Origin: Candidatus Rifleibacteriota bacterium
GTDB taxonomy: Bacteria; Muiribacteriota; Ozemobacteria; Ozemobacterales; Ozemobacteraceae
Direction of reading: 5' to 3'
Assembly: GCA_024710525.1 (NCBI GenBank)
Contig: JANJUP010000022.1
Coordinates: 128,001 to 192,000 of the forward strand
DNA: 64,000 nt
Shown here: positions 24,137 to 33,323 of the stretch, in pieces
How the letters are laid out: every line of letters begins with the position of its first letter
Position numbering within the stretch: position 1 is the first letter of the stretch
Made by a program: the position numbers and the translations under genes
Notes under the pieces: model-generated
The model's database searches: none
What the model was told of the DNA's origin: nothing
The model's input: the letters and a program-made list of their open reading frames with translations, nothing else

Positions 24137-27116
24137 AAAAAACGAAAAGCAAGCATTGCAGCCGTTCGGTCGCTTTATGGGCTGGCTGCTGCTGGTTGCC
24201 TGTCTGGCCGGAATTCCGGCGATTCTGGTTTTCACGGCCGCCTCAAGATTCTACCAGGTTTCTGAAGACGAGCTCGCATTCAAACTTAAAATGCACATGC
24301 AGCAGGCAACCAACGAGGCAATGCGCAACACCAGCCAGGAAGAATTCTGGTGCCGGCATCTGCACCAGAAATTTGTCGAATTCATGGAAACGAATGCCTC
24401 TGCGGCAGTGGTAATCGAATGGCTGCATGATCAGCGGCGGCTTTTTCCGGAAGAGATTGACTTTATATTCTGGGATGGCAACGGCAATCAGCTGACGAAG
24501 ACCTTTACAAGCGACTTCTCGGAGGCTGAGTGGCGTGAGGTGTTCTGGACTTTGAGCGATTTTGGGCCGTATCTTATGAATGTACCTTATCGCAATCCGC
24601 AACGTAGCAATATAGAGACGGCCCGCAGGGTTCTCGGGCCGCAGACGCTCGGGGCAATGTTTTCGAGCGTGACTGACCCGCGCGCTTATGCCCTGGCCTG
24701 GGTCGACAGTTCGCAGCTGCGGCCGCCGGTCGGGGCCTATTTTATCGGTTGCGGTGGAGCGGTTGTGCTGCTCGACCACCGACATTTTTCGAAATTTTCC
24801 GGGTTGAAGCATTCAATCAGGGCGCTTGCATCAGATACCGGCATGCCTTTTGGGGTTATCGACAGTTCTGGTGATACTGCGGTTATCTGGCGCACCGATG
24901 GTCTTGATACAACTGATGATCTGCGGCAGGCTTTTTCAGAATGTGAAAAGCGCAGCCTCAATTATTACGAGCTTGCGGAACAGCATCTTGGCTATCAGTA
25001 TCTCAGCCCCGGTCTGCGGCTTTTTGTCGTTGTGCCGCGGCTTTATACATGGTCGGGTATCGTCTGGCGGTCGATGTTGGCAGCTTTTGCCTGTCTGGTT
25101 CTTCTCTGGCCATTTTTTCGCTATACCTGGCTGACGATGATCAGGCAGCAGCCTGGCAGTGCCTCGATCAGGAACAAGCTGGCGTTTCTTTTCCTGTTCG
25201 CTGCGGGCATACCGCTGCTGGCAATGGCTATTATTTCGCAGGAACATTATTTGCACAAGCGACACACTCTTATGGTTGCGGCACATCAGAATTCTGTAGA
25301 GCTGTTACTGAGCTTCGACCGGCGCTATTCGTCGTTTCTCAAAGATGTCGGGCTCGACCTCGACAGGTTTTTTGCCGGCTGGAGTCTTGAGGCCCGCAGC
25401 ACGGAACTCGATGACCGGTTGACAAAGATGGTTGCAAGCTATCTGTTGAAGTTTGAGACCGAAAATTTCTTTGTGATAGCGAGTGAGAGCCGCGTTCTTG
25501 CGGCTCGAGACGGTTTTGTCGTGTATTCAGGTTCCATGGAAGACATCAAAATCAATCATGAGAATTCAAGGCTTAAGAAGAGTCTTTCTAAATATGCTGT
25601 AGCCGATATTCAGACGGCAAATCTGGTTGGCAAGAAGGTAATGAGCGATCTGAACCGTGTTGAAATCCCCGGGCAGATTCTCAGTAAAATCGAGCTTGTC
25701 GTTGAATCACTGCTACAGAGAACATTTATCGAGATTACCCATTCTATTATCGACAATATCGGAAGCATCAATCAATGGGGATTTGGCTATCTCAAGGATC
25801 TGACCTATTTCAGATTTCTTTCTGTCGCCGGGCACGAAGTTACCGATTATCTGACCATGGTTTTCTGGAAACCGCATGTCATCCAGAGGGCATTTTTGCG
25901 CAGGGCCCTGCCTCTGGCGAACCGTAATTCGGACGGTTTTAAACTGCTGTCTTTCGATCGTCTGAAGGCAAGATTTGTCGATGAATCGCCTGGTTATGAC
26001 AATGCTCTGGTTGAGTTTGCGCGTCGGGCAGGCCAGAAACCGACTGAAGAGATAGAAATTGTCAGGTTGAACGGTGAAGACTATCTGGCTGTCGGTTTCA
26101 GCGGGCGTTACCTCGAATTTTATCAGTTGATCGGGCTTTATCCGATGCGCAATATCGACCGTATTATCAGCGGCCAGAAAACCGATCTGCTGTTGTTTGG
26201 CCTGTTCAGTATTCTTCTTGCGGCTGGTCTGGCGCAGTTGCTGGCCCGCGCCTTTGTCGAGCCTCTCGGTGTGCTGCGCGAGGGGGCTCTGGCGATCGAA
26301 AACCGCAATTTCAGCCACCGTATCCGAAATGCCGGGCGCGATGAATTTGGTGAGGTGGCCGGCATTTTTAATCACATCATGGTTGGATTCGAAGAGCTTG
26401 AGGTTGCCAGAATCGTCCAGGAAAGCCTGTTCCCGAAACCTGATTTTGAGATGAACCGGTTTCGTCTGTTTGGGCGCAGCGTTTCGATGGGCGAGCTGGG
26501 GGGAGATTATCTCGACTTTTTCAAAGTCGATGAAACCGGTTTTGTGGTTCTGATGGGCGATGTGGCCGGACATGGAGTTGGTGCGGCTCTGATCATGGCG
26601 ATGGCCAAAGCCGGCATTCTCAGCAGTGGCGAGCAGCTGGCATCGCCAAAAACAATTCTGAACGGGCTGCATCAGATGGTGCTTGCCTCAAAGAGCAGTC
26701 GACAGAAGAAGGTAATGACCTTTCAGTATCTTTATATGAACAGTGTTACCGGTGCCGGGCTTTATGCCAATGCCGGCGCCTGTTCGCCACTGGTTTACCG
26801 ACGTTCTGCGGGCATTGTCGAGGAACTCAAACTTACGGGTGGCGCACTTGGAGCTTTTAAAAAGGCTGTCTTCAATGAGATGCCGGTGCTGCTCGCCTCT
26901 GGCGATGCGGTTATTTTTTATACCGATGGCATCGTTGAATCGCGTGACCGCAGTGGCAGAGAGATTGGCTACGAGGGCCTGCAGCAGATGCTTGTAGAAA
27001 GTTACGATGCTGACCCGGCAGTTTATTATCAGAACATTTTTGCCCGTTATGCGAAACATATCGGCGGTCAGGAAGCGCAGGACGACCTGACTTTTATCAT
27101 CATGACATGTTTGTGA
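24126..27116 (+). CDS. Membrane sensor HAMP-PP2C/SpoIIE phosphatase, subtype B (paralog B3)
   Basis: 996 aa. The start overlaps the A3 stop by 11 nt. Subtype-B motifs: ...AGRDEFGEVAGIFN..., GDVAGHGVGAALIMAMAK, KKVMTFQY. Confidence 0.85.
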   Translation: MMPEKNEKQALQPFGRFMGWLLLVACLAGIPAILVFTAASRFYQVSEDELAFKLKMHMQQATNEAMRNTSQEEFWCRHLHQKFVEFMETNASAAVVIEWLHDQRRLFPEEIDFIFWDGNGNQLTKTFTSDFSEAEWREVFWTLSDFGPYLMNVPYRNPQRSNIETARRVLGPQTLGAMFSSVTDPRAYALAWVDSSQLRPPVGAYFIGCGGAVVLLDHRHFSKFSGLKHSIRALASDTGMPFGVIDSSGDTAVIWRTDGLDTTDDLRQAFSECEKRSLNYYELAEQHLGYQYLSPGLRLFVVVPRLYTWSGIVWRSMLAAFACLVLLWPFFRYTWLTMIRQQPGSASIRNKLAFLFLFAAGIPLLAMAIISQEHYLHKRHTLMVAAHQNSVELLLSFDRRYSSFLKDVGLDLDRFFAGWSLEARSTELDDRLTKMVASYLLKFETENFFVIASESRVLAARDGFVVYSGSMEDIKINHENSRLKKSLSKYAVADIQTANLVGKKVMSDLNRVEIPGQILSKIELVVESLLQRTFIEITHSIIDNIGSINQWGFGYLKDLTYFRFLSVAGHEVTDYLTMVFWKPHVIQRAFLRRALPLANRNSDGFKLLSFDRLKARFVDESPGYDNALVEFARRAGQKPTEEIEIVRLNGEDYLAVGFSGRYLEFYQLIGLYPMRNIDRIISGQKTDLLLFGLFSILLAAGLAQLLARAFVEPLGVLREGALAIENRNFSHRIRNAGRDEFGEVAGIFNHIMVGFEELEVARIVQESLFPKPDFEMNRFRLFGRSVSMGELGGDYLDFFKVDETGFVVLMGDVAGHGVGAALIMAMAKAGILSSGEQLASPKTILNGLHQMVLASKSSRQKKVMTFQYLYMNSVTGAGLYANAGACSPLVYRRSAGIVEELKLTGGALGAFKKAVFNEMPVLLASGDAVIFYTDGIVESRDRSGREIGYEGLQQMLVESYDADPAVYYQNIFARYAKHIGGQEAQDDLTFIIMTCL

Positions 27117-27125
27117 AATTTTCGC

Positions 27126-27154
27126 TTGACGTTCGCTTTTTATTCGCCTATATT
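27126..27154 (+). promoter_or_regulatory. lexA promoter candidate TTGACG-17-TATATT
   Basis: Near-consensus -35 and -10 with a 17-bp spacer, about 33 nt upstream of the lexA ATG. The palindrome GTTCGAAC (27168-27175) lies between the -10 and the RBS and is a candidate operator. Confidence 0.55.
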
Positions 27155-27186
27155 TAAGGTGTGAAAAGTTCGAACGGAGGCGAAAC

Positions 27187-27810
27187 ATGACCCCTGATCC
27201 ATTGACCCCGAAGCAGCGCACCGTACTTGATTTTATTCGCCGTTTTTTTGCGGAGTGGGGTTATGCCCCGACCATAGCCGAAATTTGTGACGGTCTAGGT
27301 CTGGCTTCGACCGCCACGGTTCACAAACATCTGAAAACTCTCGTCGAGAAGGGGCATATCGATTCGCTTCCCGGTCGTTCGCGCGGTCTGTCGGTTAAAC
27401 CTCATACCGTTGTGTCGGCCCGCAGTGTTGATGTGCCTCTTCTTGGCAGGGTTACGGCCGGGCAGCCGATTCAGATCAACGAAGTGCCCGAGACCATCAG
27501 CCTGCCCGAGTCGATGATCGGTCGCGGCGAAACCTTTGTACTTGAGGTGCGTGGCGAATCGATGATCGATGAAGCGATTAAAGACGGCGACCTTGTTATT
27601 GTCGAAAAGCGCAACAGCGCCAACAATGGCGATATGGTCATCGCCTGTATCGAGAACGAAGAAGTGACGCTCAAGCGCATTTACCGTGAAGGCGGTCGGG
27701 TGCGCCTGCAGCCTTCGAATCCGGTTATGCCGCCGATCATTGTCGAAAACTGCGATGTGACGGTTAAGGGCATTGTAATTGGTGTAATGCGCAAATACCG
27801 CCGTTTCTGA
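27187..27810 (+). CDS. lexA: LexA repressor (SOS regulator, S24 peptidase)
   Basis: 207 aa with an N-terminal winged HTH (…TPKQRTVLDFIRRFF…GYAPTIAEI…) and a C-terminal S24 autopeptidase carrying the Ser (…RGESMID…) and Lys (…VTLKRI…) motifs. RBS GGAGG. Confidence 0.9.
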   Translation: MTPDPLTPKQRTVLDFIRRFFAEWGYAPTIAEICDGLGLASTATVHKHLKTLVEKGHIDSLPGRSRGLSVKPHTVVSARSVDVPLLGRVTAGQPIQINEVPETISLPESMIGRGETFVLEVRGESMIDEAIKDGDLVIVEKRNSANNGDMVIACIENEEVTLKRIYREGGRVRLQPSNPVMPPIIVENCDVTVKGIVIGVMRKYRRF

Positions 27811-27924
27811 AGCACGAGCACTGATTGACGCGAACCACGTTAACACGCATAGACACCGATAAGTCATAAGACGACGGGTCAACGCAACGGGCAAATCTAT
27901 ACAGATTTCAGGCAGGTCGAAACA

Positions 27925-28203
27925 TTGATTGATACAATAAGACAAAACCTCAATCTGATGGTGATCGAAGCAGCTGAGCTCAACCGACACCTGCTGCTCT
28001 GGCAGATTGGCAAGCTCGAAGACGAGCTGCTGCCCTGCGAACAGCAGCTTGAAGAATGTCTGCAGGCAATCAGGCATGGTGGGCAGGTTCCAGATCGGGC
28101 CGTGATCGACAGGGCAGCGCAGACTGCCGCCCGCCTGCGCCGTCTGCAGAACGAACTGCAGGCGACCGAACATTTGATGCAGATTGCCACAGGGGTAAAC
28201 TGA
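27925..28203 (+). CDS. Small helical hypothetical protein downstream of lexA (low-confidence gene)
   Basis: 92-aa ORF with a TTG start and a weak RBS. The protein is Leu/Gln/Glu-rich. Its only support is position, co-directional 115 nt after lexA. Confidence 0.25.
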   Translation: MIDTIRQNLNLMVIEAAELNRHLLLWQIGKLEDELLPCEQQLEECLQAIRHGGQVPDRAVIDRAAQTAARLRRLQNELQATEHLMQIATGVN

Positions 28204-28433
28204 CGGCGGGCATGTTTTAACTGCCGGCTTTACCCATCTGCTGGTTTTGTTTATAAACTTTCGGCTGAGGGCTGCAAAATTGCGGCAAATCCGGTATACT
28301 TACCACACTGTATGAAACGGCTGAGTTGTTTCTGTCTGGCCGGGCGTGCGAGCCATATTGCCTTTGACGGCCAGAAAGGGACAGTTCAGGTATTCTGCAG
28401 GCGAGTTTATTCAGCAACCCTCAGGAAATCGCC

Positions 28434-29876
28434 ATGAAAATTGTAATCTCTGACAGGAGCGGGCAAATTCTTTATGAAGGCAGCCCAAGCCTGAACGGAA
28501 ACGGTGTAATAATCGGCAGTGGCAATGATTGTGATATTCAGCTCAACAAGATGGGTATTGCCCACAATCAGATTCAGTTGCGCTACAATGCCGACGGCCT
28601 TCTCACCCTCCAGGATCTCCAGAGCCCGTTTGGCACCATTGTCAATGGCAGCAAAGTGCAGCCTGGCTTTATTGCAATTATTAAACCGGGGGCTTTTATC
28701 GAGCTTTCTGATGATGTGTTTATCAGGCTGCAGCTTGAGGGCGGCGATATTCCGATTGCCAATGCAGAAGAAAAGCTGTTTCCGTTTTTTCTCAACAGCA
28801 ACGAAACCTTTGTGCGCAAATGTTTCAGCCAGATAAAGAGTAAGATTCCCAGACAGCATTACAACGCCATTTCAGCCGCCGAGGGCGAAATGGTAACCAG
28901 AATAAAAGAACTGTCGGCGGTTCTCGAAGTAACTTATGCTCTTAACTCGATTGGCAGTTTTCCGAGACTGCTCGAGTTCACTCTCGAAATGGCGATTGCA
29001 GTAACCGGTGGCGAACGTGCTCTTCTGATGCTTTATAATGAAGAGTTGAACCGTCTTGAGACGGTCTCGATGCAGAATTTTCTGCCCGGCGAGATCAATG
29101 ACGATATGCAGGCAACTGCCGGTCTGGTAAGCCGCTGCTTTGAGACCGGCGAAACAATGATTGGCCCGTCTCATCGTTTTAAACAGCCGGGTCGGCGCGG
29201 CCGAAACCCAGAAGATGCCGGTATCGTTTCGGTAGCACTGGTTCCTCTTAAAGAAATGGCCACTAATATCGGAGTTTTATACATAGATACCAAGCACAGC
29301 GGCAACATCATGACGGCCCGCACCGACCAGATGCTGCGTATTTTTGCGGCGCAGGCAGCGGTTGCGATCAGCCGTACCCGCATGTTTCATTCGGCGACTA
29401 CCGATTCGATCACCGGTATTGCCAACCAGAATCTTTTTATGCGTCGACTGGGTGAAGAATTCTGTCGGGCGCAGCGTCACCAGAAAGATATTTCGCTGAT
29501 TCTGATGGATCTCGATCATTTCAAGGCTCTTAATGACACTCACGGAGAGGCTAATGGCAATCGGGTTCTAAAAGAAGTGGGCCGGATTTTCAGAAGTGCA
29601 ACCCGTATTCATGATCTGGTGGCACGCTTTGGCGCTGATACCTTTGCAATGTTGTTGCCCGAAACGCCTTTTGCCGGCGCAAAGACGGTTGCGACCAAGC
29701 TCAAGGGCAACCTTTCAGATACCAAGATCAGAGCAGGCACGAGGTCGATTCAGGTGACCGGCAGCTTTGGTATTGCCAGCAGTTCGAAGGCGACCTCAAA
29801 ACCGGCTGATCTGCTCAGAATGGCAGAAAAAGCCCTGAAAATGGCAAAAAAACGCGGCGGCAACCAGATTTCCTAA
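28434..29876 (+). CDS. FHA-GAF-GGDEF protein (putative diguanylate cyclase)
   Basis: 480 aa. N-terminal FHA-like region (…IGSGNDCDIQLNKMGIAHNQIQLRY…), a central GAF-like region, and a C-terminal GGDEF (…LILMDLDHFKALNDTHGEANGNRVL…RFGADTFAMLLPET…). The catalytic GG[DE]EF residues read RFGADTF, so this may be a degenerate or variant motif. Confidence 0.75.
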   Translation: MKIVISDRSGQILYEGSPSLNGNGVIIGSGNDCDIQLNKMGIAHNQIQLRYNADGLLTLQDLQSPFGTIVNGSKVQPGFIAIIKPGAFIELSDDVFIRLQLEGGDIPIANAEEKLFPFFLNSNETFVRKCFSQIKSKIPRQHYNAISAAEGEMVTRIKELSAVLEVTYALNSIGSFPRLLEFTLEMAIAVTGGERALLMLYNEELNRLETVSMQNFLPGEINDDMQATAGLVSRCFETGETMIGPSHRFKQPGRRGRNPEDAGIVSVALVPLKEMATNIGVLYIDTKHSGNIMTARTDQMLRIFAAQAAVAISRTRMFHSATTDSITGIANQNLFMRRLGEEFCRAQRHQKDISLILMDLDHFKALNDTHGEANGNRVLKEVGRIFRSATRIHDLVARFGADTFAMLLPETPFAGAKTVATKLKGNLSDTKIRAGTRSIQVTGSFGIASSSKATSKPADLLRMAEKALKMAKKRGGNQIS

Positions 29877-29895
29877 GACAGCAGAGGAACAGCAG

Positions 29896-31533
29896 ATGAT
29901 CAATCCCCTCGATGACCTCAATTTTTCGCGCAACCAGAAGAGTATCGAAGAGCTCGAAAAGCTGGCAGGCTTTTCCCCCAACCGGAGCGGCAGCAACAAG
30001 TTTACTGCTGTCGCTGACAGCCTGGTAAAGAAAACCGAGCGGCCAGCAGAACGTGGCAGCGAGCCAGAGATCGACAAATACTGGGATTTTCACAAATCAT
30101 TTGTCAGCCTTTATGAACGCGCCGGGCGTTCGTTTGCCCTTTTTATCGGGGATCTCCTCGATATAATTCTTGGCGGGCCGGTTCAGACGCGTCTTGTTAA
30201 CGATATGATCGAAGAGAAGATCAATCGTATGCGCAAGGCCAGAGAGGCAGCCGCTGAACCCTCGACTCAAAAACACAAAGTTCAGGCCCGGCGCAATTCA
30301 AAATATGACGTGGTCATTGGTGGCGAAAAGCGCGTTTTCTCACGGCATTTTCTGAAGCGCAAAGGCTTTCTCGCTGCCCTGTTTCTTGACAGTGACGAAT
30401 ACCCCTCGTTCAAGAAGCTTGTTCGCCAGATCGAGATCGTCTGCCGCGAAAGCCTTCAGGAAGACGCGGTGCCCGATTCCGAAGACGCCCGCCTTGCCGA
30501 ACTGAAGAAAATTGTGGAAAATCTGCGCTATGAAATTTCGCAGGCAGAAGTCGTGCACGCCTGGGCTCTGCTTGAAGCTGACGGATTCAAACACCTTGAG
30601 TGGGCGTTCAACGAGACCCGCAGCCTGAATCTGGTGCGCCCTAACTTTTATGAAGATCTCGACAAGGCATATCGCGATGGCAAGAAACTTATCAAGCTTC
30701 TTATAGAAGATATTCAGACTGAATTTCCGCCAACCGAAGATAAACAGGATGCCTACGAAGATTACCTCAACAATATTCTCGAAATTTATACACACCACCA
30801 CTTCGTTCTGAAATACTTCAATCAGACACGGCCAAGCATTTCGCTCAAAGATTTTGAAATGACGCGCGAAGAACTGCACGAAAAAATTCAGGACCTGCGC
30901 GAAGAGAGCGATGAAATGCGTCGGCGCATTAACCAGGTCAGTATCGAAAAAGACCAGGCCCTGGCCGAGGCCCGTGCCTTGCGCACCCAGAACGAAGAAC
31001 TCAGGCAGAAACTTGCCAGACTCGATCCTGTCGAAGTGCAGAAACAGCTCCAGTCGGCCGAAGCCAAAGTTCGTGCCAGCCGCAAGGAACTCGAAGAAAC
31101 CATAAAAGAAGAAGAGGAACTGCGCGAAGACATGCTCAAACTCGACCAGGAAAATCAGGAGCTGACCCGCAGACTGCAGGCTCTGCATGCGATTCCTGAC
31201 GAAGATGCCTACTCGGTGGCAGGTTTGCTTCAGGGCAAGCGCGTGGTGATTTTTGGTGGTGTCGGCCGAGATCACTATCTGCCGATTCTTAAGGAGGCAG
31301 GTGTCGCTAATGAGGATTATGAATGGTATGAGGGTTATCATACCATCAGTCAGGCGAGAACTGCAGAAATTGTCGGCCGCTGCGACCTTGCTGTAGTCGT
31401 CACCAGTTACGCCGGGCACCTTTTGCTTTATCAGGTACGCCCGTGCATCAAAGAGCATCAGCATTTTTTCAAGATTCATAACAGCGGCGCCGGTTCTTTG
31501 CGCAAAGAAATCCTGAAAACTTTCAAAAAATAG
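29896..31533 (+). CDS. Coiled-coil protein with C-terminal DUF2325-like domain
   Basis: 545 aa. Strong RBS (AGAGGAACAGCAGATG), 20 nt after the GGDEF gene. A long charged heptad-repeat region spans residues ~330-430. The C-terminal ~100 aa (…KRVVIFGGVGRDHYLPILKEAGV…DLAVVVTSYAGH…) resemble DUF2325, assigned by memory. Confidence 0.55.
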   Translation: MINPLDDLNFSRNQKSIEELEKLAGFSPNRSGSNKFTAVADSLVKKTERPAERGSEPEIDKYWDFHKSFVSLYERAGRSFALFIGDLLDIILGGPVQTRLVNDMIEEKINRMRKAREAAAEPSTQKHKVQARRNSKYDVVIGGEKRVFSRHFLKRKGFLAALFLDSDEYPSFKKLVRQIEIVCRESLQEDAVPDSEDARLAELKKIVENLRYEISQAEVVHAWALLEADGFKHLEWAFNETRSLNLVRPNFYEDLDKAYRDGKKLIKLLIEDIQTEFPPTEDKQDAYEDYLNNILEIYTHHHFVLKYFNQTRPSISLKDFEMTREELHEKIQDLREESDEMRRRINQVSIEKDQALAEARALRTQNEELRQKLARLDPVEVQKQLQSAEAKVRASRKELEETIKEEEELREDMLKLDQENQELTRRLQALHAIPDEDAYSVAGLLQGKRVVIFGGVGRDHYLPILKEAGVANEDYEWYEGYHTISQARTAEIVGRCDLAVVVTSYAGHLLLYQVRPCIKEHQHFFKIHNSGAGSLRKEILKTFKK

Positions 31534-31567
31534 CTAAATCTGTTGCGGTGGGTCGGCGTTTGCAATT

Positions 31568-32146
31568 ATGGAAAACATGAAACCCGAAGAGTTATGGCAA
31601 AAAGCACTTACAGGCGATCAACAGGCCTGGCAGCGGCTTTATGAACTTTTCGCAAGCCGTGTTTATCAGTTCTTTCTCAGAAACACTCGAAATGCCGATC
31701 TGGCTGCCGACAAGACCCAGGAAGTATTTCTAAAAATCTTCAGAAACCGCGAAAACTTCAGGTATGGTTCGTTGAAAACCTGGATATTCAGAATTGCCCG
31801 CAACCTGCTTATTGATGAATGGCGGCGTGCCGGTCAGCGCGAAATACCGAGCGAAATTCTGCCTGATATTATCGATTCGGGAGTGCAGGTTGAAGAGAGC
31901 GTAATTGCAGCAATTGAACACCAGCAGATGGTTGTTTATATCGATGAATGCCTTGACCGCCTGGAAGAGCCGGATCGAATGGCGGTATGTCTGGTCTATA
32001 TCGCTGGGTTGAGCATTCCTGAGTTCGCCGAGGTTATGGAAGTCCCTCTTGGAACGGCCAAAACCCGGGTTCGTCACGCCAGACTCAGGCTTGACCAACT
32101 GCTGAGCGAAAAGATTCAGTTGAAAAGGTTTGAAAAAAGCGTATGA
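31568..32146 (+). CDS. ECF-type RNA polymerase sigma-70 factor
   Basis: 192 aa with sigma region 2 (…ELFASRVYQFFLRNTRNADLAADKTQEVFLKIF…) and a region 4 HTH. Stop overlaps the anti-sigma start (ATGA). Confidence 0.85.
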   Translation: MENMKPEELWQKALTGDQQAWQRLYELFASRVYQFFLRNTRNADLAADKTQEVFLKIFRNRENFRYGSLKTWIFRIARNLLIDEWRRAGQREIPSEILPDIIDSGVQVEESVIAAIEHQQMVVYIDECLDRLEEPDRMAVCLVYIAGLSIPEFAEVMEVPLGTAKTRVRHARLRLDQLLSEKIQLKRFEKSV

Positions 32147-33252
32147 ACTGCGAAGAGAGCAAAAATTTAATTGTTGAGATGAATGAGGCTGATGAAGTCA
32201 GTTCTAATGCTGAGCTTTCGGCTCATCTTGCCGCTTGCTCGACCTGTCGCCAGTTTCTGAAATACGAGCTGAAGATGCGGGACGGGTTTGAAGAAATCGC
32301 TTCAGAGCCTTTGCCTGCCGAAGTTGCCCGAAAAATACTGGCGGTGCCGAGAATTGTGAGTAATGAGACTTCTGCAGCCAGCCCGGAATGGGTCAAGAGG
32401 CTGAGTGCCTTTATCAGTTCCATGACTTTCAAAATTGCACTTGCTTCGGGAATTACCGGTTTTGCCGCCGCCATAATTTTTCTTCGGGGTTTTACGCCCG
32501 GCTTCGACAGGCATTCTCACCCTGCGGCGGAAGATTTAAAACAGGTTAAAAGACTTGAGCGCCCGCTGTTCAACCGAGATAGCTCCTTTCCACAGCCGGC
32601 TTCGACAACTACTGTCGCTGCCGCGGGTGCTGCCGTAACTATCAACCCGGAGCTCAAAAAGAAACTGGAAACCAGATCCAGACTCACAGATGACCTTCTG
32701 GCGCTCAAAGCAGAAGAGGGCATCGCCGTGACCGCAGAGAGAAAGGCGGCGGTTTCAGAGCATATCCCGGGCGCTGTAAGCTTTTCTCTTGACGAAAATG
32801 CCGATGCTTCCGGCCGATTTGCCATGGCGCCTGCTGCTCCTGCCGCTGAAACCGGTGAGCTGGTTTTTGACGAGGCCGAACAGGTGAGCGCCGAAAGCGA
32901 TGATAAGGCACAGGATGCTATGGTGATGGCCTCGGCGCCCAAGCTCAAGGAAGTTCTGCGCAGTCTGCCAACTTCGGCAAAGTCTTCAGGTGTGACAAAG
33001 AGCGAAATGGCCGACTCGTTCGCGGTGTCTGAGGCTGAGGTCATCAGCGACCCGCGTGCTGTCGTTATTTTAAAATTTCTTGAAAGCAATGGTCTGGTCT
33101 CTGAAGAAGGTTTTATTGACCTTGATGATCTTTTTATCAAGGGCTACATCGATAATTCTCAGCGACGCGAATGGCGGGCACCGGATGGCAATGACTGGTA
33201 TCTGACCCGCACCGGCAATCGACTGGCCATAATTCTCAGGCGCAAACCCTGA
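32143..33252 (+). CDS. Anti-sigma factor (N-terminal zinc-finger/ZAS-like, single TM, extracytoplasmic C-terminal domain)
   Basis: 369 aa. Cys motif …HLAACSTCRQF… near the N-terminus, a TM helix (IALASGITGFAAAIIFL), and an Ala/Glu-rich periplasmic region. Translationally coupled to the ECF sigma. Confidence 0.7.
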   Translation: MNCEESKNLIVEMNEADEVSSNAELSAHLAACSTCRQFLKYELKMRDGFEEIASEPLPAEVARKILAVPRIVSNETSAASPEWVKRLSAFISSMTFKIALASGITGFAAAIIFLRGFTPGFDRHSHPAAEDLKQVKRLERPLFNRDSSFPQPASTTTVAAAGAAVTINPELKKKLETRSRLTDDLLALKAEEGIAVTAERKAAVSEHIPGAVSFSLDENADASGRFAMAPAAPAAETGELVFDEAEQVSAESDDKAQDAMVMASAPKLKEVLRSLPTSAKSSGVTKSEMADSFAVSEAEVISDPRAVVILKFLESNGLVSEEGFIDLDDLFIKGYIDNSQRREWRAPDGNDWYLTRTGNRLAIILRRKP

Positions 33253-33323
33253 AAAAATAAATTTTTTCCCTTTTTCTTTTTTCATTTGATTTACCTGCAG
33301 AGTGAAAATTCTGGAGGTAAAAC

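Noticed and set aside
7850-27116. Possible CRISPR array or other repeat array suggested by recurring nucleotide motifs about every 3 kb.
   Set aside because: The recurring motifs are the conserved coding segments (TM3, HAMP, PP2C) of six diverged paralogous genes. There are no short identical direct repeats with unique spacers.
27811-28433. Looked for a tRNA/ncRNA gene in the largest intergenic stretch.
   Set aside because: No cloverleaf-compatible arms or conserved tRNA boxes were found. The region is better explained as a small ORF plus a structured 5' leader.
33253-33323. AT-rich stretch aaaaaataaattttttccctttttcttttttcatttg after the anti-sigma gene, as a possible terminator or promoter.
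   Set aside because: There is no GC-rich stem. The -35/-10 spacing is unconvincing. It is likely just an AT-rich intergenic spacer with the RBS for the next gene.
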